A DNA stretch of 64,000 nucleotides from the human T2T-CHM13v2.0 reference genome, Homo sapiens: NCBI RefSeq assembly GCF_009914755.1, contig NC_060936.1, one strand, 5' to 3'. Of the stretch, positions 1-64,000 are shown in pieces. The notes under the pieces are model-generated. The model was not told the origin of the DNA and searched no databases. It saw only the letters and a program-made list of their open reading frames with translations. The position numbers and the translations under genes are program-made. Each line of letters begins with the position of its first letter. The stretch's first letter is position 1.

Positions 1-284
1 CTGAGACACTGTCTACAGGCACAGGGCAGCTCCTCAGATCAGCACCCAAGGCCCTTCTCATCCAGCTTTCCTGTCTCTGTCCCTGGTTGGCTTCTCCACC
101 AGGCCCAGTGTACTCAGGGCCAGGACGGCGTGGCTCCTCTCTTTGGTTTCCCCTCTGCTTAGACTGCTCTGCTGACATGATTTGCCCACTGGCCTGACTT
201 GTTCCTGCTCCCCCACCTTCTCCCAGGCTCCCAAACCTCCCCCTCCCTGCAAGTGGGGCAGATAGTACAGCATCATGCTCGAGT

Positions 285-12330
<12,046 letters not shown>

Positions 12331-12612
12331 ATCATTAACACTATTTGAAGACAACAACTCTAACTGCCAAATGGACAATGAACTTGAAGCCAGAGACTCT
12401 GAGGTAGGAAGTATAAACTAGACACAAAGATGTGAGAACCTGGAATAGGGTGGAGGCTTCATGATGGAAGCACAGGTCAAAGATGCTAAATAACAGGAAT
12501 TCATTCGTCCCTTCAACTATTCTCTCCTTCAACTATTCTAGGCACCTGGAATACATAATTCTAGCACCTGGAATACAGATATTTTAGTGATGGATAAAAC
12601 AAATCATTTAAT

Positions 12613-12810
12613 ACAGGTTGGGCATCCCAAATCTGAAATGCTCCAAAATTGAATTTTTTTGTATGCTGACATGACACTCAAAGGAAACGCTCATTGGAGC
12701 ATTTTGGGTTTCAGATTTGGAATGCTCAACTGGTAAGTATAATGCAAATATTCCAAAATCTGAGACACTTCTGGTCCCAAGCATTTCAGATAAGGGGGAG
12801 TCAACTTGTA
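12613..12810. mobile_element. Tigger4/MER46-like DNA transposon fragment
   Basis: Termini tacaggttgggcatccc ... ggggagtcaacttgta with TA flanks; related to 47322-47545. Confidence 0.75.
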
Positions 12811-14699
12811 ATATAGTTAGATGCTGTTAAGTACTGTGGGGAAAAACTGAGGGTAAGAAAGCTATGGGGTGTGAGAATTGGGGTATAGGGTAACATTCCA
12901 CCAGAGCCCAGAGGAAGCATTGAGTAGAATGGCCCTGAAGTAAAAGCAAGCTTGGCTTCTTAGACAAACACCAAAGAGGCCATTGTGGCTGAGGCAGAGT
13001 GGGCAGGGGAGAGTGGTGGGGGATGCTACTGGAAAAGTGATGGGTTGACTCTTACAGGCAGAGATGATTGGCTGGTGATGGGACAATGGAAAAATGAGGC
13101 ACAGGAAGGTAAGGAAGTAAAATATTTTTCCTGGGGTTCAAGGAACAGGCACCCCACCCCCTTCCCTTTGTAACTTTCTGCAGAGCCCAAGACTAGACCA
13201 GATACCCAGGGAGTGGTTTGGGATAAAGGCTGACTCTGACCCATGGTTAGGTCCAGGTCCCCATTCGCAGGGACAGTCTATTGCCTGACTGGTGATACCT
13301 GGTGCAGACCCAGGCATTCGTCAGCTATTTTTAACCACATTCAGGAATCAGGAGAGCGAACGTGGCTTGAAGATTTCCCTAGTCACTCCATATTCAATTG
13401 GCTTCAAAGTCTTAACCATGACTAAAAGAAAACCTTAGAATTTGAGAACATCCTGGGGACAAGAAGAGGATCTTCTAACCCAACATAGAGAAAACTGTTC
13501 CCCCAAAATAATAGATTTTTGAGAAGTTGGTGCTTTCTTATGTTTTACTGTCATGAGTGTGAGTTTTACAGGTAGAAAAGTGGCAAGCACTTCACTTCGA
13601 AGTTATATTGTGAGAAGAAAGGGGTGCAGGAGAGGAGCAAGAACAGAAGGCCACAGTTAGCAGGGTGGGTTGGAAGTCCTGACTGGTGTGTTTGGCCTCA
13701 GGAAAGTTCTTTGGCAGCCTCCACAGACAGGTTTGGTTTTTTAAAGTGCCAAAGAGCCACAAATTTGCATGTTATTTGCGTTCCAGGCTTCACTTCCAGG
13801 TATATGGGATGAAATAAATGAATGAACAGTATTCAGACTCCTGGGTAAGGGGTGGACTCAGAAATCCAGACCACACCGAGGATCCAATCACTGGTCCAGC
13901 TTGGATCGGGAGACACAGGCACAGACAGAGACAGAGCAAACAGCCACAGAGACAGGGGGACAGAGAGACAAACACCATCAAGTCCTTTTTACCAGGGAGT
14001 TTCCAGTCAAAGCAAGAAAGCAAGATCCACAGTTTATTTTAAATAAGTCAACTTTTTAAAAATTAGGAAGAATCATATAGATAGGCAGATAAAGGCAACA
14101 TTATCCCTGACTTACCTCCACCTTTGCCCCTTCATCCTCTACTTCTAGTTCTGTATGGAACTACATGCCTATGAGTCTGCCTTCTTGATAAGGTATATTG
14201 CTTGGTGTTTGCTTAGCTTCCTAAATTAGTTAACTATAAGGTCTACAGACTCTAATACAGACTCTAAGATCCTGAGGACAAGGTCAGCAGGCTATAAAAA
14301 CCTGAGAACAAGGTGGCTTTTATTTCCATAGTCAAACCATCTTTTCACTCCACCCTTCAGGGCGACTAAGGCCAGTGCTTAAACACGTGCTTGTAAAACA
14401 CCTAGCCTGAGGGGCTTCCTCAGAGTCTCAGTCTATGAGGGATGCACAATATCACCGGAAATAAAAAGGATGGAGGAAACTATTTAACAGAAAGCTGTGT
14501 AGAGAAAATACTTCCACAAGGCCCCTGGTAGAGACTGAGAACCCCCACCCACCCCAAAGAGCATGCTAAATGCTGAGGAAGGTGTTTTTGTTAAGGGTAG
14601 AGTGGAGCGTTAGGTTTGAGGCCAGAGATGAACGATTTGGGACCACAAAGGAGGTTGCAGGCTGCCATGAGCAGTCCTCCTTTCTTCACAATATATATT

Positions 14700-14811
14700 T
14701 TTTTAATTTTTGTGTTGCCCAGGCTGATCTCAAACTCTTGGGCTCAAGGGATCCTCCCACCTCAGCCTCCCAATGTGCTGGGATTACAGGTGTGAGCCAC
14801 TATGCCTGGCC
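14700..14811 (-). mobile_element. Alu monomer (FLAM-like)
   Basis: Antisense left-monomer sequence. Confidence 0.85.
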
Positions 14812-16662
14812 CACAATGTTGTCTTTCTAAATAAATGTTGAATAATTACCTCTACCTCATCACTGGCAGGCCAGAAAGAAACAGCTTTTATTCCTGGTTT
14901 GAAAAAAAAGCACCAAATCATTTACCTGCCCTTGGTGGCTACATGTCTCAGTCCATTCATGATGCAAAAGGTGAATTACAATACAAATACCATGTGGACT
15001 TATATTATTTTCTGATTATAAGGGCTGCAGATGTCCAGATGAGAGATATTAAGATCATGTGATCAGGGAAGGCATCAAAGAGATAGGATTTGCGTACGAT
15101 TACTCAGTAGGTATTTGTGAAAAGAATAAAAGTAAATTGAATGAGGGGTCTCCAGTGGACTGGACTCTGGACTTCTTGTGTGCCACTCTCCCACACTTTT
15201 TCCTTTCCTAGCACTTGTGTTCTGCAAAGGATAAGGCAATCTCCAGAAGTAAGGAATTGATGGCTACTCCTTAGATTGGAATGGAGAAAATTCTGCAGCT
15301 AAGGTCTTGTCGCCTTAACTCTAAAACCAAGCCAGTGCTAAGCCAGTGGCCTTAAAAATTTAACTTTGAATCTCTGCCTTGACTTCCTCTTCCCAGCAAC
15401 ATTGTGGCACTTAATACCATTCCAGAATCTTAGAGTTTGATAAGACCCCTGGACACGTGGTCCAACCATTCACATAATTGGAATTATCCCTACCATCTCC
15501 CTGACAGGCCAAAGAGACAGCTCACAATAACATTTCCTCGAGGTCCCAGCTCAAAGCCTCCTAGCCACTCTTTTCTCTCCCACAAAGGAAGTATGTGTAA
15601 GGTATCCTTTATTTTAACAGGTGACCAGCATAACCCTCTGTCCCACGTTTCCTTTTCCACCTTCAAAGCTGGGAATGGTAGTGTGTGTTCTTAGTAGACA
15701 GATGTTAGGAGTCAGTACAGGTAAAACAAGGCCCTAGACTTATAATAAAGGATGCTGGGATGAGCCTTGTCCCTTCCCATGGAATTCCAAGCTGTAGATG
15801 CATTGCTCCTGGGCGGGAAAATAAGGTACCCTTCCCAGTAGTTCAGCACGTGGCCTGTTTAACAATAGGGCCTAATAGCCTAACACCTCTTTTTCTGACT
15901 CTCTTGGGTATGTGAACTCCCAGGGTGAAAGCATCATATTCCACCTCATGCTAGTCCATCCAGGTGGACCAAACAAAAAGAAACCCCAGGTGTCAGTCCT
16001 CTCTCTTACTCCAGCAAGACATATTTAAAAGCTGGAGGGATGGCACAGGACCAGAAACTGAAACATTAAAAACATTGGGGCTCTCAAGTGAACTCTTCCC
16101 CCTTTACCCACTAGAGCCACTTAAGGGCCATGTAAAACCAGGCAGTAATGGACAGGCTATGAGATGGGGTTGGTGGAAGTGCTTTTCCAGGTTATCTCTG
16201 TTTCTACCTCAGGATCTTGGTGCTAACATTGCTGGGGGCAGTGGATAGAAGATGCTAGCATGATTACAGTGGCTAAAGAATACAGAAATTAATTCCACAT
16301 AGAAGTATGAAGCATCTCATACAGAGGAGTCAATTGACACAAATTCCCCAGACTGGATGAGGGAAAAGTACTCTTATATTCAACCCTAAATAGGACTCCT
16401 GGGAGCAATGGTGGGTCCCAGGTGACAAATGGGATGTAACTAGCCTCTGTGCCTCAGACCATGTGTTTCTCAAATGGGTAAGAAAGGTCTGTCTGATATT
16501 CTCTGTTCAGGGTCTCGGAGTGATTCTTGGGATTATGGTTTCTGTTGAGGTCTCTATAGCTGGCATCTAGTGCTTATCATCCCTCAAATATTCCTTTTTT
16601 AGGGAAGGCAGATGAATATGAGCAGTGGACACAGGAGAAAGGGGAACACAGGAGAAAAAAGT

Positions 16663-16668
16663 CTTATT
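16663..16668 (-). terminator. Candidate distal variant polyadenylation signal AATAAG
   Basis: Minus strand reads tatgtaa...aaataagacttttttctcctgtgttcc: upstream UGUA and downstream U/GU-rich element. Confidence 0.45.
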
Positions 16669-17326
16669 TAGTTTAAAGTAAATTACATAAGATATTAATA
16701 ACATGCCTTTGGGCCATAAAATGCAGAAATACCTTTTTTTTTTTCCTGGTCATCAAAGCCTACCCCTAAACAAAGGGGAAAGTTTCCAGATACTACTCCT
16801 GCTCTTGTTGGCTAGCTCAGGAAAGAATGGTCCACTGTGTAAGTCTGTATTTGGACCAGGTCCAGGGTGGTAAGATGGTCTCAGGGTCACTAACTTCTAC
16901 CTTGTGCAAAACTGCATTAGTCAGAAAGGGGGCCCAAATTCAGACAGGCTCAACAATTCCTTATATATTTTTCAAAGTGCTTTTGTTGCATGTTTCATTT
17001 TCTGCTATACATGGCAATAAATATTTGTTGCTTTGGTCTGTACAAAGTCTGTGAGGAAGGTAAGACAGATGTTACCTAAATGGACAAACAATAAATACAG
17101 AGAACAATCTTGTTCTGAGTCCCCCAGACAATAGTGAAAGAACCTGAAAAAGGTCTTTTGATTCATAGTCCAAATCGACACCATATTGCCACCTTTCAAG
17201 TTGTTGCTTACATACAGTAAATACCAAGAACCAGACAATATTCCAGGAGTCCTGCAATGAGACTGCATGCCACAGCTTTCTAAAAGAGAATGTGAAGGTC
17301 CCCAGCAACTCATATATAGAAAGCTA

Positions 17327-17332
17327 TTTATT
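17327..17332 (-). terminator. Candidate proximal polyadenylation signal AATAAA
   Basis: tttatt on the + strand within the 3' UTR. Confidence 0.45.
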
Positions 17333-18096
17333 TCCTATAGAAAACTCAAAAACAAAGAAAAAGAAAGAAAAATAAAGAGAGATAGAAAGAGAAAGGGAAA
17401 GAAAGAGAGAGAAAAAACAAACACACAAAAGGTGGTCTTTCCCCAAAAGGCAGGCAGTTGAAGGGAGGACATGTAGTTGCTGGAGTGGAAACAGTAACAT
17501 TCAGTTAACAATGGAATATTTAAAAAAAATAGTTTTCTTTTCAAATTGTAACTTGTGGTAAAACATAGAAAAATGTACTAAACGAGCTTGTATAAAACAG
17601 TAAAATTTTCAAATAAGCCCAGGGAAAAAGCACAATGCTGGAAAGAATGCGGTACAACGGGAGAGGAGAAAAGATTTCATACAAAACTACCTATTACAAT
17701 ACAGAAAAAAGTATAAAATGTTCCTACTTTGGAACTTAAGTACAAAATGACACTGGCATTTGATCACTTCACTATCTAAGCCTGAGGAGCTCTCAGAGGG
17801 TGGGGAGAGATGCTAGAAAGAACAAAAGGAATAGCAGTTTTTAAATCTCAAGTTGATCAGTCCAAACTCCACCCGTTTTTTTTTTTAGCTGAAAATATCA
17901 CCTCCCTCTGTAACCTCTACCCATATGGCAAAGTTCATCCAGGCCTCAAAAATATTCCATTAGGTAGTCCACAAACACCCTACTCATAGGGGCTGGGATC
18001 TCTGTGTGCTGGAATTTGGAAAATGGAAATAAATCTACAGGCTAAATGGTGAACACATTCAGTCTTTAAAAAAAAAAGCATATCCCTGTGAAATTT

Positions 18097-18150
18097 TATA
18101 CATACATATATATATATATATGTATGTGTATATATATATGTATATATATA
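18097..18150. repeat. (TA)n-rich microsatellite in the SENP1 3' UTR
   Basis: Read directly from the sequence. Confidence 0.9.
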
Positions 18151-18544
18151 TGAAATTCTCTGTGGTTAGAAACATATTTAAACTAGCCACAGACCAAACT
18201 AGATCTGCATTCATCCAGCGCTGGAATTTTATGCTAAATACTAAGGTCCTTTATCTTCTTGGTCAGAAGTAGGCAACAGTAAAAGTGGTGCTTTGTTGCG
18301 CCACTGAAACCGCTCCCTGGGTGGGTCTTCCCCGTATCATGTGTTGGTAGCACATGCAAACCCCTGCTTTTACGGAAAGGACTGCTTGGAACTTTGGGAC
18401 CTGTCCAGGGCTCATGTGCTGTGCCTCCGGATAGGATGAAGCTACAGATGATAAAACAGCTACGTATAAAAGCAGATGGATTTTGTATAGGGACATATAA
18501 ATAGGAAAGGTCCTGGAGGAAGGGACTTATGCCTGGGCCCCAAA

Positions 18545-18553
18545 GTCCAGTTT
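18545..18553 (-). promoter_or_regulatory. miR-145-5p seed site in the SENP1 3' UTR
   Basis: The + strand gtccagttt equals miR-145-5p nt 1-9, so the mRNA carries AAACUGGAC. Confidence 0.55.
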
Positions 18554-18586
18554 ACAGTCACATTCCTGACCATACATCGTGAAAAT

Positions 18587-18625
18587 TGTGTGTGTGTGTG
18601 TGTTTGTGTGTGTGGGTGTGTGTGT
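18587..18625. repeat. (TG)n microsatellite, a CA repeat in the mRNA 3' UTR
   Basis: Read directly from the sequence. Confidence 0.9.
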
Positions 18626-19026
18626 ATGTCCATGTATATGCTGGTGGTTTTTATCCCTACCTTTTGCCCATGCCCTTTCCTACTTCTTAGTAAGGCCTAA
18701 CAACAAGAATTTATATGAAACCAAGATTCTTTCCAAGCTTTTCTCAGTCCCATAATTAGGGACTGAGTGAGGCTGGAGCCCTTTGAAAACAAGATGGCAG
18801 AACTGAAGAAGTGAAAAGCAGTCTCTCTCTTCAGCTTAGGGATGTCCCTCACCCCTTTCACAGCACCAAAGTTTCTTTGCAAAAATAGTATCTGAGATAC
18901 AAAAGGAAAGGCAGATGTGCTTGTGAATGCATCTCGCCAGGGCCTGGTCCAGGATCAAGGGTGTTACAACAGCAGAGGGCTGGGAGCAGCTGTTTCCAAG
19001 GTCTCTGGCTGTAGACAACAAAGAGC

Positions 19027-19034
19027 TGGTCCCC
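19027..19034 (-). promoter_or_regulatory. miR-133-3p seed-type site in the SENP1 3' UTR
   Basis: The + strand tggtcccc equals miR-133a-3p nt 3-10, so the mRNA carries GGGGACCA about 35 nt after the stop. Confidence 0.45.
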
Positions 19035-19067
19035 CACATGGTCAAGGTCTGCTAAGTGAGACAGTCT

Positions 19068-62315
<43,248 letters not shown>

Positions 62316-63948
62316 CTAAAAAAATAAAAGTTTGAATAAATTAAACAAATTCTACAGGTGGTTCTCCTTATGACTGCAACCATGACCAACCATTGTATTC
62401 CAAAGTAATGTGGCATGTCACCATTTCTCTCATGGAAGAAAGATCCCAGTCTCAACTGCCAGTAAAGTCTGCAGTAGGGGAACTTCTACAAACTATAATT
62501 GATTCAGCCATACTAACCTGAAAATTGATGAAGGAGCTGAATCCTGCCACAGCCATGTGCCTTATCTGCATCAATGTGACTCCGTGGTGTCCACCAAAAG
62601 TCAACATTTTACCCCAACTATATCTTGCAAGCACTCCCAGGCCTGGGCCTGAAAGAAGGTAGGCCAGACCAGTAAGAAAGCAGGTGGGGGGCCAGTGAGA
62701 ATTGTAATTCAAATGAACAACAGTTATTGATTACTAAGCAGCTAGTGTCACTTTCTTCGTTTTAGTTACCATGTTCAAGACTCAGGTACTCTCTCAAAGA
62801 GCAGAGATAACCTAATTGCTGCTTATTCTGGTTGGCTTATGGCAAGGAATGACCCATCATATATATCTGGTTCTGGTATAATAATCTTCAGTCATCTAAT
62901 GCCATAATCAAACATATTATTACTCCAATGTTTGCTACTACAATCAGATTAACTGAGAATTACTTATTATTTGAATTTTCTAACTTGTGGATTACAATCT
63001 GGCATATCAAAAACCTCCTGAAGTTTCAGCTAGGAGTGGTAGAATAATTTCTATACCCTCCTCTCCCTATCTGCAGAATTGGACAATTTAAAACAGCTCC
63101 CTCAAAATAACTTCAGACATTAAGTTATGGAACTCTAAGGAGCTCCAGTGAAAACACAAGAATAATAATTCTCTATTTCTGGAATTTTTTTCTAATGCTG
63201 ACATTATTTTGAAGATATTCTTTTAAAACATATTACTATAGAACTTTTCGCAATATTGTAAATTTATGCTATTAAAAGTATTTAATGTATCTTTTCATGC
63301 TCTATCCAAATAGGCAGCCTTCCAAAATATAATTTTGTGCTTCTGTAAGCTAATCAAGATGTCAGGATTTAGGGTAAATAGGAAAAAAGAAGAAGTCATG
63401 GCTGGTATTAGCACTTGTTAATTCAACAGTTGGTGACCTTAGTCTGATAATTAAAATAAGCTAATTTACTTTCAAAATGAATTGTAACTTTGTTCCTTTG
63501 TAATCAGTATCTATGCTTAGCATCTATTACTATAATTTTGAGGATAGAAACATGATGCTAATGAAAATGAGTCTTAGTAAAGAACTAGAAAATTATTATA
63601 CTTAAGTTTAAAGTTGTAACAGTAGAAATATTTGTCTCTCACACATTTTGGCTAAAATTTGATTAGGGCATGATCTAAATACAGATATCTATCTGAGGCA
63701 TCGGTCTGTCAAAAATGCAAATTACCCTAACAGGTGTGAAATTTGAGACCAAGGATAAGTCAGAGTAGCATTCTCAACGGCATGTGACAGAGACTGCAGC
63801 TTTAAAATGCAAGGGGAAAAGCAGAAGATCAGGCAGTCTGTTTAAACAGAAAAAGGTGGTTCCAATCCCAATGAAATTGCTGAATGGTGTTCTATTGCTG
63901 ATGGGATCAAACAAAGCTAGAGACAGACCAAGAGGAAACTACAGATAC

Positions 63949-64000
63949 TGTTTTTGTTTGTTTGTTTTTGAGGCAGGGTCTCACTCTGTTGCCCAGGCTG
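63949..64000 (-). mobile_element. Alu, cut by the window edge
   Basis: (TTTG)n followed by gaggcagggtctcactctgttgcccaggctg. Confidence 0.9.

Larger units (their letters stand above)
16645..19067 (-). other. SENP1: SENP1 3' UTR (3' end approximate)
   Basis: Lacks interspersed repeats and is U-rich on the minus strand. Candidate signals: AATAAA at 17327-17332, and a distal AATAAG at 16663-16668 preceded by TGTA and followed by a U/GU-rich tract. Confidence 0.7.

Overview
This is primate, almost certainly human, genomic DNA, dense in Alu, L1, MIR and MER repeats. From about 16.6 kb to the window end it carries most of SENP1 (SUMO-specific protease 1) on the minus strand: 14 coding exons with GT-AG boundaries that join in frame (1715 nt, D74 to stop), plus a roughly 2.4-kb 3' UTR. 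The first 220 coding nt lie beyond the window. Bases 1-16.6 kb are non-coding DNA downstream of SENP1; from recalled gene order this lies toward the COL2A1 promoter on 12q13.11. The SENP1 introns hold four retrocopies: RPL37 (with an extra ~290-bp 5' segment inside its TSDs), an old STYX processed pseudogene missed by the ORF track, a U6 snRNA copy, and an ATP6V1F copy with an intact 119-codon ORF. Other signals include a NAGNAG acceptor next to the catalytic Cys, a candidate poison exon, a candidate antisense exon and a ~1-kb AT-rich tandem array nested in a DNA transposon. I found no evidence of a wholly new biological system. Parent-gene comparisons and repeat subfamily names are from memory, not from database searches.
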